DNA of 52,707 nucleotides. Origin: Candidatus Staskawiczbacteria bacterium. GTDB taxonomy: Bacteria > Patescibacteriota > Minisyncoccia > Minisyncoccales > Staskawiczbacteraceae. The stretch lies in contig CAISIO010000044.1 in NCBI GenBank assembly GCA_903885445.1, positions 1 through 52,707 on the forward strand, given 5' to 3'. Within the stretch, counting starts at the first letter, position 1. Each line of letters opens with the position of its first letter. Positions 1-7,590 of this stretch are shown here, piece by piece. The position numbers were made by a program, and so were the translations under genes. Under the pieces are notes generated by a model, which worked only from the letters and a program-made list of their open reading frames with translations, did no database searches and was not told the origin of the DNA.

Positions 1-99
1 ACAAACGCAAAAAGCAAAGAAGAAGGATTGGAATTATATAAACTATTAGGGTTTCCGATGAGAGAGATACCCCTCGGGGCACAAGCAAATAATAAATAG
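1..99 (+). CDS. rplE: 50S ribosomal protein L5, C-terminal end (5' part cut by window edge)
   Basis: Frame 1 reads [32 protein letters not shown], stop TAG 97-99. The tail resembles the L5 C-terminus (E. coli ...SDEEGRALLAAFDFPFRK). It lies directly upstream of rpsN as in spc operons. Confidence 0.7.
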   Translation, partial: TNAKSKEEGLELYKLLGFPMREIPLGAQANNK

Positions 100-107
100 A
101 AATAAAC

Positions 108-293
108 ATGGCTAAGACATCACAAGAAGCAAAAGCAAAAATGAAGCCGAAGTTCCCCTCAAGAAAACAGAGGAGATGCTTTAAATGCGGGAGAAGGCAT
201 GGATTTATGAGAAAGTTCGGGCTTTGCAGGATTTGCTTTAGGGAGTTAGCCAACAAAGGAGAAATTCCGGGAATTAAAAAATCATCTTGGTAA
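108..293 (+). CDS. rpsN: 30S ribosomal protein S14, short zinc-binding type Z
   Basis: 61 aa with CFKCG...CRICFRELA (CxxC...CxxC) and a ...GIKKSSW end. Sits between L5 and S8. Confidence 0.95.
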   Translation: MAKTSQEAKAKMKPKFPSRKQRRCFKCGRRHGFMRKFGLCRICFRELANKGEIPGIKKSSW

Positions 294-299
294 AATAAT

Positions 300-689
300 A
301 TGACAGACCCAATTACAGACATGTTAAACCAGATAAAGAACGCGCAAGCTGTTGCAAAAACAGAAGTCGCGGTGCCTTTATCGAAAATTAAAAATGAAAT
401 TGCTATGATTTTGGCCAAGGAAGGATTCGTAGGGGAAGTTAAAAAAACTACAAAAGGCCAGGGCAAGATTATAAAAATTACTTTGAAATACGAAAACGAA
501 GTGCCGGCAATCGCGGGATTTAAAAGAGTTTCAAAGCCGGGACAAAGAATTTATGAAGGATTTGCCGATTTAAGAAAAGTCCGCGGAGGATACGGCTTAT
601 CAATTATTTCAACATCGAAAGGATTAATGACAAATAAGGAAGCAAGATTTAAAAAATTAGGCGGAGAAGTAATCTGCCAGGTTTGGTAA
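300..689 (+). CDS. rpsH: 30S ribosomal protein S8
   Basis: N-terminus MTDPITDMLNQIKNA matches the S8 signature; spc operon order. Confidence 0.95.
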   Translation: MTDPITDMLNQIKNAQAVAKTEVAVPLSKIKNEIAMILAKEGFVGEVKKTTKGQGKIIKITLKYENEVPAIAGFKRVSKPGQRIYEGFADLRKVRGGYGLSIISTSKGLMTNKEARFKKLGGEVICQVW

Positions 690-704
690 TTTAAACACAA
701 AAAC

Positions 705-1253
705 ATGTCACGAATAGGTAAAAAACCAATTGAAATCCCAGAGGGAGTAAAAACGGAAATTTCTGATAAAGAAATTAAGGTTTCCGGCCCGAAAGGAGAA
801 TTAAAGCAAGTAATCCATCGAGAGATTAAAGTTGAAGTAAAAGACGGCAAAATTTTGGTTGCTCCAAAAACAGAGCTTTCAAAGAAAGGAAGGGGATTGT
901 GGGGATTATATAGAGCTTTAATTGCAAACATGGTTACAGGCGTGAGCAAGGGTTTCGAAAAAAAATTGGAAATTGAAGGAGTTGGTTTCAAGGCAAACGT
1001 TGAAGGAAGCAATTTGATTTTAAACCTTGGGTTTACAAATCCTGTTAAAATAGAAAAAATAGACGGAGTGAATTTTGCGGTTGAAAAAAACGTGATTACA
1101 GTTTCGGGAGCCGACAAAGAAAGAGTCGGGCATATTGCCGCATTAATCAGAATACAGAAAAAGGCAGAACCGTATAAAGGAAAGGGAATCAGGTATCAAG
1201 GAGAAATTGTCAGAAGAAAAGAAGGTAAAAAGGTTGTCGCATCATCTAAATAG
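705..1253 (+). CDS. rplF: 50S ribosomal protein L6
   Basis: MSRIGKKPIEIPEGV start, two-domain length (182 aa), operon order. Confidence 0.95.
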   Translation: MSRIGKKPIEIPEGVKTEISDKEIKVSGPKGELKQVIHREIKVEVKDGKILVAPKTELSKKGRGLWGLYRALIANMVTGVSKGFEKKLEIEGVGFKANVEGSNLILNLGFTNPVKIEKIDGVNFAVEKNVITVSGADKERVGHIAALIRIQKKAEPYKGKGIRYQGEIVRRKEGKKVVASSK

Positions 1254-1265
1254 TAAACACACAAC

Positions 1266-1616
1266 ATGTCAGTAAAAAACGACAAAAGAATAAGAAGGCA
1301 TAAAAAGATAAGGTTAAATATGCATGGCACAATGGCCAGGCCAAGGCTTTTCGTGTACCGCTCTAATCAGCATATTTACGCTCAATTGGTTGATGATGAC
1401 AATGCAAAGATATTAATAAGCGCTTCCGACAAGGATTTAAAGGCCAAAAAAGGTGAAAAGAAAACAGACCTTGCAAAAGAAGTCGGAAAATTGATAGCAA
1501 AAACAGCGGCGGAAAATAAGATTACAACGATTGTTTTTGACAGAGGGGGAACAGTTTTTCATGGCAGGGTTAAGGCAGTGGCTGATGGAGCGAGAGAGGG
1601 AGGTTTAATATTTTAA
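1266..1616 (+). CDS. rplR: 50S ribosomal protein L18
   Basis: RRHKKIR...RPRLFVYRSNQHIYAQLVDD motif; ends ...ADGAREGGLIF. Confidence 0.95.
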   Translation: MSVKNDKRIRRHKKIRLNMHGTMARPRLFVYRSNQHIYAQLVDDDNAKILISASDKDLKAKKGEKKTDLAKEVGKLIAKTAAENKITTIVFDRGGTVFHGRVKAVADGAREGGLIF

Positions 1617-1630
1617 TCGTAAATACATAT

Positions 1631-2254
1631 ATGGCAGAAGAAACAAAAAAAACAAATGACGGCTTTGTACCAATTCCTACCGGAGAAACACCCGTTCAAC
1701 AGACTCCAAGAGGAGGATTTGGCGGGCAAGGACAAAGAAACAGCGGCGGATTTGGCCAGCAAAGAAGGCCGGGTTTTGGCAGGGCCGGATTTGGAAGAGA
1801 CAGGCAGAAAGATGAATTCCAGACAAAACTTTTGGATTTAGCCAGGGTTACCAGGGTAACCGGCGGAGGAAAAAGGATGAGTTTTAGAGCTGTTGTGGTT
1901 GCCGGAGACAAAAAAGGGAAAGTTGGAATTGGAATAGATAAAGGAAAAGACGTTTCACAAGCCATTGAAAAGGCCACCAGACGCGCGAAAAAGGACCTAA
2001 TTAGCGTTATTATTGTTGATGGGACTATTCCTCATGAAGTTGAGGCGAAATCAGGACCGGCTGTGATTTTATTGAAACCGCAAATGAAAGGAAGAGGTTT
2101 GGTTGCCGGAGGGGCAGTTAGGACAATTTGTGATTTAGCCGGAATTAAAAACGTTTCTTCAAAAATTCTTTCAGGATCAAAAAATAAATTAAACAATGCC
2201 AGAGCAACGATAGAAGCGTTAAAGAAATTAAAGGCTCCGAAAAAAGCTAAATAG
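1631..2254 (+). CDS. rpsE: 30S ribosomal protein S5 with Gly/Arg/Gln-rich N-terminal extension
   Basis: Core LLDLARVTRVTGGGKRMSFRAVVVAGDKKGKVGIGIDKGKDV is preceded by about 60 aa of RGGFGGQGQRNSGGFGQQRRPGFGRAGFGR. Confidence 0.95.
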   Translation: MAEETKKTNDGFVPIPTGETPVQQTPRGGFGGQGQRNSGGFGQQRRPGFGRAGFGRDRQKDEFQTKLLDLARVTRVTGGGKRMSFRAVVVAGDKKGKVGIGIDKGKDVSQAIEKATRRAKKDLISVIIVDGTIPHEVEAKSGPAVILLKPQMKGRGLVAGGAVRTICDLAGIKNVSSKILSGSKNKLNNARATIEALKKLKAPKKAK

Positions 2255-2260
2255 AAAAAC

Positions 2261-2695
2261 ATGCAAATCCACGAATTAAAACCAAAACATAAAAACAGGA
2301 CTAAAAGGAGAGTCGGCAGAGGAGGAAAGAAAGGAACTTATTCTGGAAAGGGAATAAAAGGACAGAACTCCAGGGCAGGTAGGAAAATGGAGCCGATAAT
2401 CAGGTCTCTCATAAAAAGATATCCTAAATTAAAAGGATACAGGAGTTTTAGATTTGATAATGACTTCGCGGTCGTGAATCTTGATGTTTTGGAAAAAAAC
2501 ACAAAAGACGGTGAAACAATAAATCCGGAAAATTTGATTAAAAAGGGCATAATCAGTAATATAAAAGGAAAGACCCCGAAAGTTAAGATTTTGGGAACCG
2601 GGAAGATCACAAAAAAATTAGTTTTTGAAAATTGCAAAACATCTAAGACCGCGAAAGATGCGATCGAAAAAGCAGGGGGTTCTGTAAAAATTTAA
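2261..2695 (+). CDS. rplO: 50S ribosomal protein L15
   Basis: ELKP...RVGRGGKKGTYSGKGIKGQNSRAG motif. Follows rpsE after a 6-nt gap, so there is no rpmD. Confidence 0.93.
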   Translation: MQIHELKPKHKNRTKRRVGRGGKKGTYSGKGIKGQNSRAGRKMEPIIRSLIKRYPKLKGYRSFRFDNDFAVVNLDVLEKNTKDGETINPENLIKKGIISNIKGKTPKVKILGTGKITKKLVFENCKTSKTAKDAIEKAGGSVKI

Positions 2696-2706
2696 AATAG
2701 TCTCCT

Positions 2707-3984
2707 ATGTGGTACGAAAAAATATTATTTCTATTTAAAAACAAAGAACTTAGAAACAAATTTCTGTTTGTTATTTTTCTTTTCGTCGTTTTTAGATTGG
2801 CGGCAAATGTGCCAATTCCGGGAATTGGCGTTGAAAATTTAAGAAAGTTTTTTGACCAAAACCAGGCTTTTGGTTTGTTAAATTTGTTTACGGGAGGCGC
2901 TTTGAGCAACTTCTCAATTGTCTTGCTCGGACTTGGGCCATATATTACAGCTACAATTATTTTGCAACTTTTAACTATGATTTTTCCGGGTTTGGAAAAG
3001 CTTTACAAAGAGGAGGGAGAGTCTGGCAGGCAGAAATTTAATCAATACTCAAGATTGCTTACTATTCCATTGGCCGCATTTGAGGGCTATGGAATGCTAA
3101 CGGTATTCGCCCGTCAGGGAATTATCTCCGGGCTTTCTTTTCCGGTTATGATATCAGCCATTTTCACGATTACAGCCGGAGCAATGTTTTTAATGTGGAT
3201 TGGAGAAATAATTTCCGAGCAGGGAATGGGCAACGGAATATCGCTTTTGATTTTTGCCGGTATTGTGGCAAGAATGCCAATTAATATTTTCCAGACATTT
3301 GTCACATTCAATGCATCGCAAATCCCGGCGTATTTAGCATTCGTTGTGCTTTCGGTGGTTATAATTGCCGGAGTTGTTTTAATTACGGAAGCCCGCAGAA
3401 ATATTCCAGTTTCCTACGCAAAAAGAGTGAGGGGAATGAAAATGTATGGCGGAGGTTCAACTTATTTACCTTTAAGCGTTAACCCGGCGGGAGTCATGCC
3501 GATTATTTTCGCGTTATCCATACTTTTATTCCCGGGAATGATTGCTAGTTATTTTGGCACATACGCAGGCATGGTTGGAGTTGTGGCCACAAACATAGGG
3601 ACATTTTTCAATAATATTTGGGTGCACGGAGTTTTGTATTTCTTGCTTGTTATTCTTTTTACATATTTCTATACAGCAGTTACTTTTGACCCGAAAACAA
3701 TCGCTGAAAACTTACAAAAAATGGGCGGGTTCGTGCCCGGGGTAAGGCCAGGGCAATCAACTTCTATTTTTGTAAAACACATTTTGAACAGGGTTTTATT
3801 TACCGGAGCTGTATTTTTGGGACTTATTGCCATATTGCCATCCATTGTCGCCGGAGTAACAGGAGTTACGGGATTTACGTTCTTGGTTGGAGGCACATCT
3901 TTGTTAATCGTTGTCAGCGTAGTTTTGGACACAGTAAGGCAAATCAATGCCCAGCTCCAGATGCGCGAATACGAAACTTTCTAA
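2707..3984 (+). CDS. secY: preprotein translocase subunit SecY
   Basis: 425 aa polytopic membrane protein; LNLFTGGALSNFSIVLLGLGPYITATIILQLL motif; sits after rplO. Confidence 0.95.
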   Translation: MWYEKILFLFKNKELRNKFLFVIFLFVVFRLAANVPIPGIGVENLRKFFDQNQAFGLLNLFTGGALSNFSIVLLGLGPYITATIILQLLTMIFPGLEKLYKEEGESGRQKFNQYSRLLTIPLAAFEGYGMLTVFARQGIISGLSFPVMISAIFTITAGAMFLMWIGEIISEQGMGNGISLLIFAGIVARMPINIFQTFVTFNASQIPAYLAFVVLSVVIIAGVVLITEARRNIPVSYAKRVRGMKMYGGGSTYLPLSVNPAGVMPIIFALSILLFPGMIASYFGTYAGMVGVVATNIGTFFNNIWVHGVLYFLLVILFTYFYTAVTFDPKTIAENLQKMGGFVPGVRPGQSTSIFVKHILNRVLFTGAVFLGLIAILPSIVAGVTGVTGFTFLVGGTSLLIVVSVVLDTVRQINAQLQMREYETF

Positions 3985-4001
3985 CATAATAATTTTCCAA
4001 A

Positions 4002-4021
4002 CCGCCGAAAGGCGGTTTTTT
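4002..4021 (+). terminator. intrinsic terminator after secY
   Basis: CCGCC-GAAA-GGCGG hairpin (GNRA loop) followed by TTTTTT. Confidence 0.7.
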
Positions 4022-4033
4022 ATTTGCTAAGGG

Positions 4034-4064
4034 TTGACATTTGGTCAGAAAGATTTATTATTAT
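4034..4064 (+). promoter_or_regulatory. sigma70-like promoter of GC-rich cassette A
   Basis: TTGACA at 4034-4039 and TATTAT at 4059-4064 (19-nt spacer; ATTATT at 17 nt). GC content rises just downstream. Confidence 0.45.
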
Positions 4065-4121
4065 ATCAACACGCAGGTTTCGTTTTTTTGACAACCGCAA
4101 CCCCTTTCGTGAGGCTAAACC

Positions 4122-4640
4122 ATGAGGCTCAACCGAATCTCGGTATTGTTTATTCTTGTAGCCGTAGGCGTCACTCTTCTGTCTGGCGGGCGAATTCAGC
4201 GCTGGGTCGCTGAAGAAGGAGTGATGGCTCAACCGGTAGCTTTGAGCGCCACTAGTACCATCCTCGCAATGGATGGACTCGATGGCAACAGTACAGTGTG
4301 CTATATCCTGACGAAGGAAACCCGGGAGAAGAACGAGTCCGGGTGGATATGGGAGTTTCGTACCTTGGAGAGCGGCAAGGTAAAGTCCGTCTTCATCAAC
4401 CATAGCCAGTTTATGGACAAGAGCCTGCAGAAGAAGCTCGAATCCCTCGGAATTGGTTATGAAAAGGGCATGCTGGGCGGAGGTCTAGCTCCCTCCAAGA
4501 GCAAGTCTGAATTGCTGCCAGTTCCCGGAAGGAAGCTGCTGGCTTTCAAGGTTGGTTCTGACGGCAAGGCTACGACCATCGTAACTAGGCCAGACGGAAC
4601 AATCCGCCGACGTGGGGTTAATTTTGTTACCGCTAATTGA
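4122..4640 (+). CDS. hypothetical N-terminally membrane-anchored or secreted protein on GC-rich cassette A
   Basis: 172-aa ORF. GAGG at 4111-4114 lies 7 nt before the ATG. N-terminal hydrophobic helix RISVLFILVAVGVTLLSGG. G/C-rich codons unlike neighbours. No family recognised. Confidence 0.6.
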   Translation: MRLNRISVLFILVAVGVTLLSGGRIQRWVAEEGVMAQPVALSATSTILAMDGLDGNSTVCYILTKETREKNESGWIWEFRTLESGKVKSVFINHSQFMDKSLQKKLESLGIGYEKGMLGGGLAPSKSKSELLPVPGRKLLAFKVGSDGKATTIVTRPDGTIRRRGVNFVTAN

Positions 4641-4728
4641 TAGCGGCAGGTGCCAAATTCTTTCATCGGATGAGGCGCTCTTTTTTTTGGGAGTAAATTA
4701 TGATATACTTTTAAAATAATTAAAATTT

Positions 4729-5421
4729 ATGGATAAACAAATAATAATTTTGTTCGGGCAACCCGGAGCCGGCAAGGGGACTCAAGCAGAGCTTTTAGTT
4801 GATAAGCTTGGGTTTCATCACTTTGAATCCAGCAAAGTCTTGGAAGCATTTTATAAAAAAGAAGATCCGGAAAAAGTCGTTGTGGCTGACGGAGAAAATT
4901 TTAAAGTTGGCGATGAAATAATCCGTTGGAAAACAGGACTGCTAAACAGCCCAAAGTTTGTTGTTGCTTTATTCTCGCAAAAAATAAAAGACTTGGCTGA
5001 TGAGGGCGAATCAATTGTGTTTTCCGGTTCTCCAAGAACAGCTTATGAGGCGGAGAAAGAAATACCTCTTTTTATAGGGCTTTATGGGCTGGAAAATATA
5101 AAACTTGTAGTTCTTGAAATATCAGCAGAAGCGACTATTTTCAGAAATTCTCACAGAAAGATTTGCGACCTGATGCGACACACAATTTTATTTACCCCGG
5201 AAACAGAAAATCTGACAAAATGTCCTCTTGACGGATCGGATTTAGTTGCCAGAAAAGGTCTTGATGATGTCGAAACAATAAAGAAAAGAATCCAGGTTTT
5301 TCATGACGAAACTTTGCCGGTTTTAGAAATTGCGGAGAGATTTGGTTTGCGCGCTCACAAGATAAATGCCGAGCAAACCGTGGCCGATGTCCATAAAGAC
5401 GTATTGGCCGCAATAAAGTAG
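4729..5421 (+). CDS. adk: adenylate kinase
   Basis: P-loop IILFGQPGAGKGTQAELL; conserved position before map. Confidence 0.9.
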   Translation: MDKQIIILFGQPGAGKGTQAELLVDKLGFHHFESSKVLEAFYKKEDPEKVVVADGENFKVGDEIIRWKTGLLNSPKFVVALFSQKIKDLADEGESIVFSGSPRTAYEAEKEIPLFIGLYGLENIKLVVLEISAEATIFRNSHRKICDLMRHTILFTPETENLTKCPLDGSDLVARKGLDDVETIKKRIQVFHDETLPVLEIAERFGLRAHKINAEQTVADVHKDVLAAIK

Positions 5422-6165
5422 ATGATAACAATAAAAACACCGGAAGAAATTAAAATAATTGCCGAAAGTGGAAAGATTTTGGCTGACGCCATCAGAGAAA
5501 TAGAAAAAATGGCTAAGCCCGGAATTACCACCAGGGAATTAGACAGGACTGCAGAGGCCTTTATTTTGTCTAAGGGCGCAAAGCCGGCTTTTAAGGGCTA
5601 TGAAGGTTTTCCATATGCCTTGTGTGTTTCAGTAAACGAGAATATTGTGCATGGATTTCCTTCGGGCTATGTTTTAAAAGACGGTGATTTATTAAAACTT
5701 GATTTGGGAGTTTTGTATAAAGGATTTAATACTGATATGGCAATAACAGTTGCGGTTGGAAATGTTTCTTTTGAAGCAAGGAGGTTGATGAATGTGACAA
5801 AAAAATCTTTGAGATTAGGAATTAAAAAAGCAAAAATTGGAAACACAATTGGAGACATCGGCAACACCGTACAAAGATTTGTGGAAGACCAGGGTTTTGA
5901 TGTTATCAGGGATTTATGCGGGCACGGAATTGGAAAAAGCGTGCACGAAGATCCGAAAATTCCTAATTTCGGCAAGAGAGGCGGAGGCGAAAAATTAGTT
6001 GAGGGAATGGTAATTTGCATTGAGCCGATGGTTTCAGCAGGGGATTATAACTTAAAAAAATCCGGCGATGGCTATGGTTATGCAACCGCTGACAATTCAC
6101 TGTCAGCTCACTTTGAACACACGATTGCAATTACCAGTCGAGGCCCGCGGATTTTAACAGAATAA
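5422..6165 (+). CDS. map: type I methionine aminopeptidase
   Basis: Motifs VHGFPS, DLGVLYKGFNTDMAITV, GHGIGKSVHEDP and HFEHTIAIT. Confidence 0.95.
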   Translation: MITIKTPEEIKIIAESGKILADAIREIEKMAKPGITTRELDRTAEAFILSKGAKPAFKGYEGFPYALCVSVNENIVHGFPSGYVLKDGDLLKLDLGVLYKGFNTDMAITVAVGNVSFEARRLMNVTKKSLRLGIKKAKIGNTIGDIGNTVQRFVEDQGFDVIRDLCGHGIGKSVHEDPKIPNFGKRGGGEKLVEGMVICIEPMVSAGDYNLKKSGDGYGYATADNSLSAHFEHTIAITSRGPRILTE

Positions 6166-6186
6166 ATTTTATAGTAAAATAAATTT

Positions 6187-6903
6187 ATGAAGAATTTAAT
6201 TGTGGCGAATTGGAAGATGAATCCTAATTCGCAAAAAGAAGCTAAGGACATCTTTGACGCAATAAGGGAGGGCGCTAGAGGGCTTGATGCTGAAGTGGTT
6301 GTCTGTCCGCCGGCTGTTTATTTATATGCTTCTGGGTTTGGCCAAGGAATTATTTCGATGGGCGCCCAAAATGTGCATTTTGAGGACAAGGGGGCCTTTA
6401 CCGGAGAAATTTCGGCCTTAATGATTAAAGATTTGGAAGCTGAATATGTAATAATTGGGCATTCAGAAAGAAGAAAATATTTTGGCGAGACAGACGAGAG
6501 CGTAAATAAGAAAATAAAAAAAGCGCTCGAAGCAGGGTTGAAAATTATTTTCTGCATCGGTGAAACAGCAGAAGAAAGAGACGCCGGAAAGAAAAACGAA
6601 GTTTTGGAAAGACAAGTAAAAATTGGGCTGTTCGGTATTGATAATTTAGAAAATATAAACATAGCTTATGAGCCGGTGTGGGCAATTGGAACCGGAAATA
6701 ATTGCTCGGTTGAGGAAACTAAAGAATCTGTAAATTTTATAAGAAAATTTGTAAAGCCCAAAACAAGAATACTTTACGGAGGCAGTGTGAAAAGTGAAAA
6801 CTCTGGCGGATATATAAAAGATGCCGGAGCGAACGGATTATTGGTAGGTGGTGCATCGCTAAGCGCCGAAGAATTTGTAAAAATAATAAAATCCGCTGAA
6901 TAG
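6187..6903 (+). CDS. tpiA: triosephosphate isomerase
   Basis: Motifs VANWKMN, IIGHSERR, AYEPVWAIGTG and YGGSV. Confidence 0.95.
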   Translation: MKNLIVANWKMNPNSQKEAKDIFDAIREGARGLDAEVVVCPPAVYLYASGFGQGIISMGAQNVHFEDKGAFTGEISALMIKDLEAEYVIIGHSERRKYFGETDESVNKKIKKALEAGLKIIFCIGETAEERDAGKKNEVLERQVKIGLFGIDNLENINIAYEPVWAIGTGNNCSVEETKESVNFIRKFVKPKTRILYGGSVKSENSGGYIKDAGANGLLVGGASLSAEEFVKIIKSAE

Positions 6904-6912
6904 CGGATTTTT
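6891..6912 (+). terminator. intrinsic terminator overlapping the tpiA stop
   Basis: ATCCGC-tgaata-GCGGAT hairpin followed by TTTT. TTGACA at 6915-6920 follows as a likely promoter for the next gene. Confidence 0.55.
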
Positions 6913-6951
6913 AGTTGACATGATTTCGTAATTATTTAAAGATGCGCTTAT

Positions 6952-7482
6952 ATGGAAAATAATGACATATTAACCAGCGGGCATTTTTTTAGCCCCAGCA
7001 AGGGAGATTTGACTTCAGCGGAAGTTATTAAAGATATTTTTGGTTATATGCAGGAAATGCCCGATAAACAGTATGAAGTTATTGTTGGCACAGATTCGCC
7101 TTCGTCCGATAAGCCGTTTTTCCCGATTGCTGTTGTTGTTTTAAGGATAGGGGCCGGAGGAAGGTTTTTCCTGAAAAAAATGCACTATCCGGATTCTTTT
7201 TTGAAAAAGTTTGCCAATGTGCCGACCAATTGGAAGATGCGAATTTTGCAGGAAGTTTATTTGTCTTGCGAGTTGGCTTTGTCTTTGCGCGAAACTTTGG
7301 AAAAAGAGAATAAATTAGGCTCGAAATATTTATTTGAATATATACACGCTGATGTGGGAGAGGTTGGCAAGACAAAAGAAATGATAAAAGAAGTTGTGGG
7401 ACTAATTAAAAGCAGCGGTTTTGAGCCGCGCATAAAACCGCAATCTTTTGCTGCCACAGTGGTGGCAGACAGATATACGTAA
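6952..7482 (+). CDS. YkuK/DUF458-like (RNase H-like fold) protein
   Basis: F.SPSKGDLTSAEV...YEVIVGTDS...IKPQSFAATVVADRYT resembles my memory of B. subtilis YkuK (GTDS core, ...ADRYT end). Confidence 0.65.
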   Translation: MENNDILTSGHFFSPSKGDLTSAEVIKDIFGYMQEMPDKQYEVIVGTDSPSSDKPFFPIAVVVLRIGAGGRFFLKKMHYPDSFLKKFANVPTNWKMRILQEVYLSCELALSLRETLEKENKLGSKYLFEYIHADVGEVGKTKEMIKEVVGLIKSSGFEPRIKPQSFAATVVADRYT

Positions 7483-7504
7483 TCGGGTCAACGCGTTGAC
7501 CCGA
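7483..7504. repeat. 22-nt perfect palindrome (hairpin) right after the stop codon
   Basis: TCGGGTCAACG|CGTTGACCCGA read directly. Confidence 0.8.
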
Positions 7505-7507
7505 TGG

Positions 7508-7527
7508 CCGCCGCAAGGCGGTTTTTT
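7508..7527 (+). terminator. intrinsic terminator
   Basis: CCGCC-GCAA-GGCGG followed by TTTTTT. Same stem and GNRA-loop design as the secY terminator. Confidence 0.7.
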
Positions 7528-7530
7528 GTT

Positions 7531-7553
7531 ACCTGCCTGCCGGCCAGGCAGGT
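7531..7553. repeat. GC-rich hairpin/palindrome, near-copy at 47765-47783
   Basis: ACCTGCCTG-ccggc-CAGGCAGGT (9-bp stem). 7535-7554 matches 47765-47783 except for a 1-nt indel. Confidence 0.75.
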
Positions 7554-7590
7554 TGCGGGATATTATTTTTTGAGGTAAAATATAGAATAC

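Noticed and set aside
551-1117. 188-aa minus-strand ORF antisense to rpsH/rplF
   Set aside because: It is antisense to two strongly conserved ribosomal protein genes, and its Phe/Ser/Ile/Leu-rich translation is typical of the reverse complement of Lys/Glu-rich genes. The same applies to 13711-14199, 28094-28573, 32038-32517, 44426-44983, 45750-46205 and 47200-47829.
1656-1977. ORFs 1656-1841 (+) and 1696-1977 (-) overlapping the rpsE 5' region
   Set aside because: They are shadow frames of the GC-rich Gly/Arg-coding extension of S5. Their translations are low-complexity with no signals.
4020-4666. Minus-strand ORFs 4020-4403 (127 aa) and 4457-4666 (69 aa) inside cassette A
   Set aside because: Long antisense ORFs are expected in GC-rich DNA. 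The promoter, SD and terminator are all on the + strand, and the translations look low-complexity (Pro/Ser/Leu/Gly-rich).
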